19,148 nt of DNA from Candidatus Hodarchaeota archaeon (GTDB lineage Archaea; Asgardarchaeota; Heimdallarchaeia; Hodarchaeales; Hodarchaeaceae), in NCBI GenBank assembly GCA_029856365.1, contig JAHQWW010000071.1:1-19148 (forward strand). The letters run 5' to 3'. The position numbers and the translations under genes were made by a program. The notes beneath the pieces were generated by a model. The model had not been told where the DNA came from. It worked only from the letters and a program-made list of their open reading frames with translations, and searched no databases. This document shows positions 1-9,127 of this stretch, in pieces (the first letter of the stretch is position 1; every line of letters begins with the position of its first letter).

Positions 1-675
1 AGTTAATCTCTCTCCCCATTCAGGATTACTTGCTGCAATTTGCGCAGCATCCGATTCCGCAGTTCCAACACTTTTTAGAAAAATTCCAGGACGACCCACT
101 CTTCGGGCGGCCTCCCGGAACATCATAGCATGAGAAACAGATCCCTTTACTTCTGAGGGGTATCCCGAGCGAATGGGCGTTCCCTCTATCTCATCAAGGA
201 TGGGTGCACAGACTCCGCCTGCTAGAGGCTCCTGCAGGTAGGCCATACTCATTGGAACAAAAAGATCTTCATCACATGTTATGTCAGGTGTAAACATGCA
301 GAAAGGCTTACGAGGATCCGCGATTTGTCTATTTGAAATCTCTCTTGAATCACGTCCAAATCCCAATGTGAACTTACCAGGGTAGTTTCCGAGAGCCTCA
401 TTCATCTCCTCTTCGGTAAATAAAATCCTCCGATGAGTATCTGTGCAAAGAGTTCCCACTGTTAGATAAAGATCTTTTGCGGCATCCCAAAGATTATCTA
501 CCTGAGTGTCATCCTCTGGAACTGGTGTCGCAGGGTCAAAATTTATATCGTAATCCTTGATAATCCTCCGCAATTCAGGGACTAAGAATTTGAGGTCGAA
601 ATCTTTTTCTAAACAGACTGGCCCATTTTGTGCTCTGTCCAGTACTTCATTGATACGCCACGGAGGAGTTCCCAT
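1..675 (-). CDS. mtmB: Monomethylamine:corrinoid methyltransferase MtmB-family protein, non-pyrrolysine type (3' end runs off the window)
   Basis: Hand translation from ATG 675 is open to base 1: MGTPPWRINEVLDRAQNGPVCLEKDFDL...LCTDTHRRILFTEEEM...FTLGFGRD...EDLFVPMSMAY...PSEV...VGRPGIFLKSVGT. This is collinear with Methanosarcina MtmB motifs (DRAxxG..C...D, CTDTHR, LGxGRD, EDVFMP, GRPG). Missing from the ORF track because it has no stop in the window. Confidence 0.9.
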   Translation of the reverse strand, partial: MGTPPWRINEVLDRAQNGPVCLEKDFDLKFLVPELRRIIKDYDINFDPATPVPEDDTQVDNLWDAAKDLYLTVGTLCTDTHRRILFTEEEMNEALGNYPGKFTLGFGRDSREISNRQIADPRKPFCMFTPDITCDEDLFVPMSMAYLQEPLAGGVCAPILDEIEGTPIRSGYPSEVKGSVSHAMMFREAARRVGRPGIFLKSVGTAESDAAQIAASNPEWGERLT

Positions 676-727
676 TTTACTCACATAATATCTTTTCTTA
701 TACAAATTTAAAAGTAGATCTTTTGAT

Positions 728-1396
728 TTAAGACCAGACCAAAATTTCGGATAACTTTTTTCTTTTTATATCAGGAACAGTTACCTCTTCCTTTGGATAT
801 CCAATAGGCATTATTACAAACGCTTTCTCGTTTTCAGGTCGGTTTAAATGATCTCGTAGAAAATTCATACTGATAGGGGTGTGTGTTAATGTTGCTAAGC
901 CTGCATTATGGATGGCCATAATGAGTATCCCAACAGCAATTCCAACACTTTTAGTTACATAATAATTTTTTCGTTTGTTATTGAATTCATCCAATCGATA
1001 CTTTTGTTGAAAAACGACTATTAAATAAGGAGCTATTTCTAGAAACGGTTTTTTCCAAGTGGTTCCTAAAGGAGCTAAGTCTTGACGCCACTCATTTGAA
1101 ATCCTACGTTCATAAAATTCTTTTTCTTCAAGTTCTGCAGCTACTCGAATCTTATGTTTGAGAACAGGGTCACTTACAATAACAAACGTCCAAGGTTGTT
1201 TATTTGCCCCCGAGGGAGCCGTACCAGCAGTTTTGATAATATTCTCAACGATTTCTCGTGGAAAAGGCTTATCTGAAAAATCCCGTATTGATCTACGAGA
1301 ATTGGCAAAATGATACATTTCTTGGGATCGTCTATTCATATCCTCCTTGGAATATGTTTTAAAGTGATAGGGAATAAATGAATACTTATTTTCCAT
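728..1396 (-). CDS. Nitroreductase-family flavoprotein, iodotyrosine deiodinase (IYD) subgroup
   Basis: RRSIRDF, APSGANKQPW, LATLTHTP and PIGYP motifs; IYD-type lid AELEEKEFY...W..DL.PLGT.WKKPFLE. ATG 1396 follows GGTGAGG, so it is preferred over the GTG at 1408. Confidence 0.88.
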   Translation of the reverse strand: MENKYSFIPYHFKTYSKEDMNRRSQEMYHFANSRRSIRDFSDKPFPREIVENIIKTAGTAPSGANKQPWTFVIVSDPVLKHKIRVAAELEEKEFYERRISNEWRQDLAPLGTTWKKPFLEIAPYLIVVFQQKYRLDEFNNKRKNYYVTKSVGIAVGILIMAIHNAGLATLTHTPISMNFLRDHLNRPENEKAFVIMPIGYPKEEVTVPDIKRKKLSEILVWS

Positions 1397-1576
1397 TGAC
1401 CTCACCACAAAACAGGCATGAGATGTATTTTAATAATACATTTATTGAATTTTCAGTCAAAATTTTCCCTAAAGGATGATTATTATTAGCTATAGAAATA
1501 CATATTCACTTTTACTAATAGTGGTATGATTTAGTGTTGTACCTTCTGAGAATCTGATAAAGTAAGTAGATGATAT

Positions 1577-3157
1577 ATGGATCCCAAAGAAAAAAGTTTT
1601 TTATCAGAAATTAGTGATATTTCAGGTCAAAAACTACTAAAAGTTGATAAGGTGGGATATGGAAGAAATGGTTATGTTGAGCAGCGCAATCATATAATAA
1701 AATTATCCATTTCCAATCTAAAACTTGATTATATCCCGGAAAGTATAGAAAATTTAACTGAACTAAATGCTCTTCATATGGGGGGAAATTATCTAACTAA
1801 AATATCAGATCCGATTTTAACCCTAAAGAATTTGGAACTTTTGGAAGCTTGGGAAAATAGGATTGAATCAATACCTAAAGATATTGGGGTTTTGGATAAG
1901 GTTTGGCGATTACATCTTGCAGGGAATAAAATTACCGAACTACCGTTTTCCATAGGTAATCTACCTATGAAGAAGCTGTATCTCAAACATAACAATGTTG
2001 GTTATGTTCCTGAAAGTATTGGGAATTGGATACATCTCGATGTTTTCGGTCTGCCAATCAATAATCTTCCAACACTACCTGAAACTATTAGTGGTTGGAA
2101 AAATGTACGCGTAATTTCACTCTGGCAAAATAAGCTTAAAGCGTTACCAGATGTTCAACTCAACGTTAAAGAATTACGTATTAATAACAATTTTTTTACT
2201 GAAGTCCCTCCTCGGGTGTATGAGATCAAACAATTAAGGAAGCTTTGGTTGAATAGCAATCAATTGACAGAGATACCAGAAATTTCGAGTGGTCATCTTC
2301 AAAATTTATGGTTTCTAGATTTACAGAATAATCTCCTTTCTTCATTACCTAAGTCTCTTCAATATTTACCTAACCTTCGTGATTTAAGACTCTCAGGCAA
2401 CCTGTTTGAGTCGTATCCAAGCTGGTTGGATTCTCTTAAAGGTTGTAAAGTTGACACCACGACTCATAGGCGACAAATACAACAACCAGATTATATTGGA
2501 GTCAAGAAATATGTGAAATATCTCGAAGATAATCACTTACCAATAGAACACTTAGTAGAGATAAAACAATTCCAGAGATTTCTTGAGAATGAGAAAGGAT
2601 TCTCCAGAATTGTGAAAGCAAAGGCTAATGATGTTAAAGATTATATTGCGCAGGGGGCAATTACAGCTTTTACATTGAGATCTTTGTATCTTTATTTCTC
2701 TTGGCTTCAAGATTATCCTTTGCGTCAAATTATCAAAAAAGAATTAGAAAATTTCGCAAAGATAATGAGTATTAATCTTCAAGATGTCAGCAGACTTGCA
2801 AAGGAATCGTTGGCTGTTACTTCATTATTATCATTGGACGTAACAGAAGAAGAGACCCCTAGCATTGTTTCCCGGCCCCAAATAATTGAACATAAAATTG
2901 AAGGGGAAGAATGGGAGTATTTCGTAGCAAGATTGGAGATAACTTCTTTAGATGCATTGAAAATCCTCTTAAAGTCTTCAAGACCAAAAATTGCACTTGA
3001 AAAATTTGCTAATAGCCAAAACAGACTTCCAGAAACCCTTATTGAATCAATTAACGAAATAGCATTGGAATGTATTGGTGATCTATTATTGGATCAAGAG
3101 ACCTATCAAATCACTGAAAAAGCATACGAACAGAAATTACGTGAAATTTCATTGTGA
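1577..3157 (+). CDS. Leucine-rich-repeat protein with helical middle domain and C-terminal TerB_C-like domain
   Basis: About 11 LxxLxLxxN repeats (~1690-2450). C-terminal ~130 aa (INLQDVSRLAKES...EEWEYFVARL...LPETLIESINEIALECIGDLLLD) align by eye with the C-terminus of the 9128-12622 protein. Confidence 0.88.
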   Translation: MDPKEKSFLSEISDISGQKLLKVDKVGYGRNGYVEQRNHIIKLSISNLKLDYIPESIENLTELNALHMGGNYLTKISDPILTLKNLELLEAWENRIESIPKDIGVLDKVWRLHLAGNKITELPFSIGNLPMKKLYLKHNNVGYVPESIGNWIHLDVFGLPINNLPTLPETISGWKNVRVISLWQNKLKALPDVQLNVKELRINNNFFTEVPPRVYEIKQLRKLWLNSNQLTEIPEISSGHLQNLWFLDLQNNLLSSLPKSLQYLPNLRDLRLSGNLFESYPSWLDSLKGCKVDTTTHRRQIQQPDYIGVKKYVKYLEDNHLPIEHLVEIKQFQRFLENEKGFSRIVKAKANDVKDYIAQGAITAFTLRSLYLYFSWLQDYPLRQIIKKELENFAKIMSINLQDVSRLAKESLAVTSLLSLDVTEEETPSIVSRPQIIEHKIEGEEWEYFVARLEITSLDALKILLKSSRPKIALEKFANSQNRLPETLIESINEIALECIGDLLLDQETYQITEKAYEQKLREISL

Positions 3158-3753
3158 GTATCTGATTCCACCAACGGCATAATCGTCGACTTTATCGCCG
3201 CCTCTCACTGAATGTTTTGAGTCCCATCGTTTTAATGCGAATTTTTCTTGGAAGGTATCACTAGTGCTTTAAAGCAGCTCTCTTAAATATTCCTCCCCCA
3301 GTAAGGATAGCCATATCAGTGATTTGAAAATGTATTTAAGGATTTAACAGAGAAAGAAGTACTAAAATAACCAAAATGTAAAATAGCTTCAAAAAAGATG
3401 GTTAAAAAAAGCAAACAAATTCAAAGAGAGACAAACTAGAGTATCCATCAATTATAGGGGGTTGATCTAATGGTTTTATCTTCAATGAAGGAATATCACA
3501 CTTCAATCGTTGAAATTGGTTTCGAAGAAATATAAACGAAGTAACTGATTAAAATCAATCTGTTCTGTTTAATCGAGGAAACTACATTTAACATCACTAG
3601 TCTTAAGATGATGAAGAATAAATAAAAAGTGAGAAGCGAAATTATTTTCTTTTTCATACAACGATTATCATTCCTACTGGTGAAATGAAAGGAAGAGAGA
3701 TATAAATCTCATCTCTTTTCGGTTCTGATATGCTTGTTGGATTTATTGAGGTT

Positions 3754-5421
3754 TCATCGTTTTTGCTTTTTGCGGAAAGAGATTATCACACCTGTAGCAC
3801 TGAGAAGATAAATGAAACTTGGGAAATTCACTTCCACTGGAGTGGTTGTAGGAGATGGTGGGAGAGTTGGGAGATCCGTAAAATTCAATTGAGATATACA
3901 GACATCGGATTGGCCATTCAATGTCTTATTCAATGCATTGTTTGTTACGGGATAATCTGCGGAATCGGTGCTACCTACAATAACCACGGAATTCTCACTA
4001 AGAAGTAGATAATCAGGTTTATTCGGCCCCCAAATTCCACTCTGCCACAGAGTGGGTTCATATTCACTTCCACCTAGATATGAGGAATACAAAATGCAGG
4101 AACCATTTGATGGCATTTTCGTAATTATAAAATCGAAATCTCCTTTGTTTGTTGTGGCATAGGCATTTGAGCTTGTTGGATAATTGTCAGACGCAGAGAC
4201 ACCCAATAGATAAATATTGTTCTGGTTATCTAGAAGAATTTTTTCAAACACATCTAAATCTAAACCTCCAAGATAGCTGGAATAGAGCAATTCTCCACTT
4301 GAAGCTATTTTCATTAAAATACCATCATCGACCCCTTCTATGGAATTGAATGTCTTATCAAACGCATTCGAGGTGATTTCTATATCTGAAGAACATGTAA
4401 ACCCTGCCAAGTACATTGTTCCAGATCCATCTACAGCCATATCAAAAACTGTATCGGGGGCAGAACCGCTTACATACGTCGAATACAGCAGTTCGGATCC
4501 ATCCAGTGATATTTTTGCAATGAATCCATCACAATTGTAATCCCCAACTGATTTACCCACAGGATCAAAAGCATTGGATGTGATTGGGAGATCTAGAGAG
4601 TATGTCTGCCCAGAAATATAGATATTATTTTCAGTGTCTAATAAGATGTTTAAGTAAACTTCTTGCATCGAACCCCCAAAAAAAGTGGAATAAAGGAGTA
4701 AGGAGCCATTCGATGCTAATTTTGAAACAAAAGCATCCCATTCCCCGTTATGTGTTGTATTCAACGCGTCTGGTGTTGTTGGAAAGTCAGTTGATTCGGT
4801 AAATCCTGACAAGTAGATATTATCAGCTTCATCTACAGCCAAGCTGCGAGCGTTCTCTTCCGCATCGGATCCACCAAGATATGTAGAGAACAAGAGATCA
4901 GATCCATTTGCTGCTAATTTAAGAACAAACATATCTCCTGTTCCACTATATGTATCATCATATGCACCAGGGGTCACGGGAAAATCAGATGAATGTGTTG
5001 GTCCATGAACTATAATATTATCTGAAGAATCAACTGCAATCGCAATTTGTGACGCCCAATGGTCTTGTGAATAATGATGTAACTCGTCTTCACTTCCTCC
5101 AATATATGTTGAGAAAATTAATGATGACCCATCTGGGGAAAATTTACTCACAAACACATCCACACCTCCATTATGGGTTTCATCGTATGCCCCAGAAGTT
5201 ACAGGAAAGTCCGTTGAATATGTTAATCCTGCGATAATGATATTTCCTTGACTATCTTGAATTGTTGCGGTTCCAATATCAATCGCTGATCCTCCCAAGA
5301 ATGTGGAATACACTAAATCATCTAAATCTAGATTTTCAGTAGTAACAGGATTTATTCCTTGTCCTAATGAGAATGATACAAAAGTAATTCCTATAATTAA
5401 TAACCATTTTTTCTTCATCAT
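3754..5421 (-). CDS. Secreted/surface SBBP-repeat beta-propeller protein with C-terminal membrane anchor
   Basis: Signal peptide MMKKKWLLIIGITF; about 7 repeats of YSTYLGGS..D......D..xNIYxxGxTxSxDFPxT..AxD; Pro/Thr linker followed by FPSF-hydrophobic helix-RKKQKR. Confidence 0.88.
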   Translation of the reverse strand: MMKKKWLLIIGITFVSFSLGQGINPVTTENLDLDDLVYSTFLGGSAIDIGTATIQDSQGNIIIAGLTYSTDFPVTSGAYDETHNGGVDVFVSKFSPDGSSLIFSTYIGGSEDELHHYSQDHWASQIAIAVDSSDNIIVHGPTHSSDFPVTPGAYDDTYSGTGDMFVLKLAANGSDLLFSTYLGGSDAEENARSLAVDEADNIYLSGFTESTDFPTTPDALNTTHNGEWDAFVSKLASNGSLLLYSTFFGGSMQEVYLNILLDTENNIYISGQTYSLDLPITSNAFDPVGKSVGDYNCDGFIAKISLDGSELLYSTYVSGSAPDTVFDMAVDGSGTMYLAGFTCSSDIEITSNAFDKTFNSIEGVDDGILMKIASSGELLYSSYLGGLDLDVFEKILLDNQNNIYLLGVSASDNYPTSSNAYATTNKGDFDFIITKMPSNGSCILYSSYLGGSEYEPTLWQSGIWGPNKPDYLLLSENSVVIVGSTDSADYPVTNNALNKTLNGQSDVCISQLNFTDLPTLPPSPTTTPVEVNFPSFIYLLSATGVIISFRKKQKR

Positions 5422-5542
5422 TTGCTTTTCACCTGTTTTGTATTTTTAATCATCCTACAAAGCATGATTTGCAAAGTTTACAAAAGATATTAGTCTCAAT
5501 TGTCACAAAAACCAATATATATACTTATTCATGGTTTTCTAA

Positions 5543-5591
5543 TGTTCTAACATTTATACAACTTATTATTTACTGTACCAAAGTTAGAACA
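5543..5591. promoter_or_regulatory. Tandem palindromic operator-like sites (consensus TGTWCTAA-N2-TTAGAACA) upstream of the SBBP gene
   Basis: TGTTCTAA-CA-TTTATACA at 5543-5560 and TGTACCAA-AG-TTAGAACA at 5574-5591, 31 bp apart; a near-identical site lies at 8477-8496. Confidence 0.6.
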
Positions 5592-5636
5592 CTAGTTAAG
5601 AATTAGAAAAAAATTATAAAAAATTGCTGAAAGATT

Positions 5637-6212
5637 TCAATTTGGTCGAATTCCCCACATTTTTAATGATTCAAAAACGAATGCCAGAGTTCCTATTGTT
5701 AGAAATACAAAGAGTAGGACACTTCCAGGATGTGTGATAAAATCATCACCCATAATGAATGATAAGATAAAAAAAGCAAAAAATCCACAGATAAATAAAC
5801 TGAGATAGATCGAAAAACGGGGGATCATTCGATACCCAAAACGAATATAAAAACCAAGAATACCAGATTTAACTTCCTCCTTTATATAATATTTTTCTGA
5901 TTCCTCATGTTTTGAAATAATTCCCAATTCGGTCAGCTTGTTGAGTTGATATGAAACTATGCCTGGTGAAGAAAAGTTTAATGATTTCTGAATTTCACGT
6001 ACACCAGCAGCTCCATGCGTTATAAGGTACCAATATACTTGAAGCGGTTTTCCCTTGAGAACTTCATCATATTGTATAGATTCTTTTTCACTCTGCATTT
6101 TTGACATACCTGAAGGGAATAATCTTCGGATTAAGGTAGGAAAAGTATACTGATTTGAAAATTCATCATCTTTTATAAGGGAAAAATCTTTCTTTCCATC
6201 AAGTGAGTTCAT
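5637..6212 (-). CDS. Winged-HTH transcriptional regulator with two C-terminal transmembrane helices
   Basis: LKGKPLQVYWYL...GVREIQKSLNFSSPGIVSYQLNKLTELGII (archaeal wHTH) followed by two hydrophobic helices after MIPRF. ATGA overlap with the upstream gene; the true start may be ATG 6107 or 6098. Confidence 0.85.
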   Translation of the reverse strand: MNSLDGKKDFSLIKDDEFSNQYTFPTLIRRLFPSGMSKMQSEKESIQYDEVLKGKPLQVYWYLITHGAAGVREIQKSLNFSSPGIVSYQLNKLTELGIISKHEESEKYYIKEEVKSGILGFYIRFGYRMIPRFSIYLSLFICGFFAFFILSFIMGDDFITHPGSVLLFVFLTIGTLAFVFESLKMWGIRPN

Positions 6213-8362
6213 TTTAATTCATACTTCCTCCTTAAATAATTTACCTGCTTATAATTATAATAAATAGTGACAGTGGCAACTGCTATGATTAACCCCGAGA
6301 CTATTGATATTCCAAATAAATATTTAAAGGTTTTTTCTATAATTTCTGTTCCTACACGAAGTAGAATATCTCCTTTTACTTTAATCTCAACATATTGAAG
6401 GCTTGAATTTCTCACTATTGATTGTATTTCATTCCACTCTGCAGATTGATCATCCCATTGAAATACTGGAATCTCCTCTTCTCCAGAAATAACAATTTCA
6501 CTAGGCTCATAATAACAACGAAACAGATATTCTTCTTTTTGGTTATCAACTGTTGTTTTAAAGTATTTCCCTCTTTCTTTACGATTAAGATTGAATGTAT
6601 TCAAAGAAGTACTCATTTCTGAAGTCACTGTGAGTTGATTTTTTGTATTTATTATTCCATCAGTAAAAGGAAAATAAATAGATTGATTGATGATTTCTAT
6701 ATTCTCGATTATTTTTGGAGTAATTTTCGGACTATTGATAAAATTAAAATATACTCCTCCTTCAGGGATTGGATCCACCCAAATATAAGACTCAACTGAT
6801 GCTGTTTTTAGATATCCATGCTCAAATTCTGCTAATAGTATATGAGGTACATATTCATGTACACGCTGTAATATTTTGGAGAGGTAAAAAGGTTTTTCTT
6901 GTTTCACCGGAGTTTGTATAATCAATGAAGTATAAGATTCCAGGATAGAATCTGATACTTGGGTCCCAATATTGTTTGAACCTTGTGTATTGAGCAGGGA
7001 GTATAAGTCATAACCCCAATCTCCACTAAAACCCCATGATACGAAATAAATGCCATAATCTCCTCGATAAAAGTCATTATACCAATCAATGCTATCAGAA
7101 ATCGAATAAATACATAATATACCAATTTCATCTAGATAATTCCCAAATTGTATAATATCATCTTTCATCCAAGGGACTCCAGCAACTTTTAGAGAAAAAC
7201 GGTAGCCATCTAGTTCACTTCTTCGTGGATAACCAGCTTTATCTAAAAGGATATTAGCATGTTCGGGATCATAAGAAAGACTCAGAATAGAGGCATTCCC
7301 TAACGTGTCATCTGGAATTATGTTTTTGGCAAGGAAATATTTTAGAGGGAACCGATTCTTTTGTTGTTTTAGATATGTTTCTTTGTTAATTGCATAGTTT
7401 AATGCAAGACGGACCTCAACTTTGGTAAGCTCTGGTTTTTGATGATTAAGAAAACCAAGTACCATACCTCGGGGATAGTGATATACTAGCTTCCAATAAT
7501 CTAGATTTAAATCTGAATAATTACAAATAGAGGATATGAACGGGCCTACTTCTCCTTTTTGATCTAGCACTGCTTCTACAGCATCTTCTAATGACCAATA
7601 TAAGAGATAATATATCGTTTCAAAAGGAGGATCCCCACGATAATAATTTGGAAATTTTTTAAACGTATAATTATAATAATTGTCTTCCTGGGTGATCATT
7701 TGTAAGACATAAGGACCTGTTCCGATTGGCCAGTTAAATTCCTCGATATTAATTTCAGGATAACTTGAGAATGAGGGAAATCGAATTTTAGCTGCTTGAA
7801 TTCGTATGAAAGGGGAGTAGGGCATTGAAAAATTGATACGGATTGTATATTCATCAATAATTTGTACTGATTCAAGAGGCATTGTAAAATAGTCATAAAT
7901 TGCCTCGTTCGGTTTTTCTGGATCATACCACAACAATGTAGTTGGATCAAGGATCATATTGAATGCTGCTACAACTGCTGAAGCATTGAATAGTGATCCA
8001 TCATGACACATAATATTTTCTTTTAAATAAAAAGTCCACTGCTTACTATCATTCGTTACAACCCATTGTTTGGCTAGAACGGGAATTACATCACCTGTTA
8101 CGGGATCTACTTCTACAAGTGTATCGAAGGGTAGCGATAATAATGAATGTGTGTCGTACATCGGATGAAATGTAGGCACAAACTTTCCTGCCATACCATT
8201 AATTATGGTGATTGATTTTGGAGGATATTGATTTTGTACACTTTTTTCGATTTGACCATTGGTAATATTAGTATCGATCTGAGGTATTGCATAGGTATTC
8301 ATTGAAATGACTGCAAGTAAAGATAATTGTAAAATGACTAAAAAAGAAAATATTCTCTTCAT
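6209..8362 (-). CDS. ABC-type family-5 (peptide/nickel, OppA/DppA-like) solute-binding protein with extra C-terminal domain and TM anchor
   Basis: Signal peptide; FDTLVE..P.LAKQW...WTFYLK...HDGS.FNA.AV, PIGTGPY, VRLALNYAINK and YDPEHA..LLDKAGY motifs; C-terminal hydrophobic helix with basic tail. Confidence 0.88.
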   Translation of the reverse strand: MKRIFSFLVILQLSLLAVISMNTYAIPQIDTNITNGQIEKSVQNQYPPKSITIINGMAGKFVPTFHPMYDTHSLLSLPFDTLVEVDPVTGDVIPVLAKQWVVTNDSKQWTFYLKENIMCHDGSLFNASAVVAAFNMILDPTTLLWYDPEKPNEAIYDYFTMPLESVQIIDEYTIRINFSMPYSPFIRIQAAKIRFPSFSSYPEINIEEFNWPIGTGPYVLQMITQEDNYYNYTFKKFPNYYRGDPPFETIYYLLYWSLEDAVEAVLDQKGEVGPFISSICNYSDLNLDYWKLVYHYPRGMVLGFLNHQKPELTKVEVRLALNYAINKETYLKQQKNRFPLKYFLAKNIIPDDTLGNASILSLSYDPEHANILLDKAGYPRRSELDGYRFSLKVAGVPWMKDDIIQFGNYLDEIGILCIYSISDSIDWYNDFYRGDYGIYFVSWGFSGDWGYDLYSLLNTQGSNNIGTQVSDSILESYTSLIIQTPVKQEKPFYLSKILQRVHEYVPHILLAEFEHGYLKTASVESYIWVDPIPEGGVYFNFINSPKITPKIIENIEIINQSIYFPFTDGIINTKNQLTVTSEMSTSLNTFNLNRKERGKYFKTTVDNQKEEYLFRCYYEPSEIVISGEEEIPVFQWDDQSAEWNEIQSIVRNSSLQYVEIKVKGDILLRVGTEIIEKTFKYLFGISIVSGLIIAVATVTIYYNYKQVNYLRRKYELK

Positions 8363-8476
8363 AGGTTTTTCCTTGCCATTATATTTCTGCTTTCAGAGAT
8401 TAAAATATGATTCTTTTATACATGTACTTATTTTAAATCTTTCTACCCATCTTTGCTGTTTTAATACAGTTTCAGC

Positions 8477-8496
8477 CTGTACTAACTTTAGAACAG
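8477..8496. promoter_or_regulatory. Palindromic operator-like site upstream of the solute-binding protein gene
   Basis: CTGTACTAA-CT-TTAGAACAG is a 9-2-9 inverted repeat with 1 mismatch; 16/19 identical to 5573-5591. Confidence 0.6.
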
Positions 8497-8904
8497 TATT
8501 TTCCTTTTAGATTTGATTTGACCCTAATGGTTTCAGATTCATAAATTAATGAAAAACAAGTCCTCCTTATACTTTTCAGAATAAGCTTATAAAAGACATG
8601 AGTTCTATATCAGAAGATAAATCATAAGCAATATTAATTAGAAAGAAGGATTTTTTGGAATATTTAGGATCTTTCACTAGCATCTTATCATCATAAGGAG
8701 TACCATCGGAATTCTTGTTGAATCAAATGTGTTTTTCTTTTCAGTGTTGGATTTTTACTTGATCTGGAGTAAAATTTCCGAATACAAATATCCAAGATGT
8801 TAAAAAGCTTTTACAGGAATCATTTACACAATTGATATTAGAGTAATCTTGATATATAACTATATCATCTTATGATCATGTTATTAACCTTTTTAAAAGA
8901 CTTC

Positions 8905-8922
8905 TCATCAAAATTTTGATGA
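8905..8922. repeat. Perfect 18-bp palindrome, possible operator upstream of the Shango-like operon
   Basis: TCATCAAAA-TTTTGATGA; a 7-4-7 inverted repeat TGATATA-TAAC-TATATCA lies at 8850-8867. Confidence 0.45.
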
Positions 8923-9127
8923 TGATTGACATCTAATGGATGTTTTCACACTCTAGATAGGGTTCAGAGTCATTCTGATATTGAAGAAGGTGTGTAATAA
9001 TATTATAAACACTTATCCATATTATCCTCTTATTGAAATAAAGTTCTCTCTCTAACTCTGAACACGGTATTAATTAGAGTTGATTGAGTAAAAAGAATCT
9101 TATGAGTTGTACGGTAGGCATCTTTCG

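Noticed and set aside
73-78. Amber/pyrrolysine readthrough in mtmB
   Set aside because: The codon is AAA; the 'tag' at 76-78 is on the non-coding strand (reads CTA, Leu).
3158-3753. Small ORFs (e.g. 3470-3535 behind an RBS-like GGGGTTGA; an interrupted minus-strand frame at ~3150-3345) and a weak hairpin at ~3692-3720
   Set aside because: Too short or interrupted, no recognisable homology, and the hairpin is imperfect.
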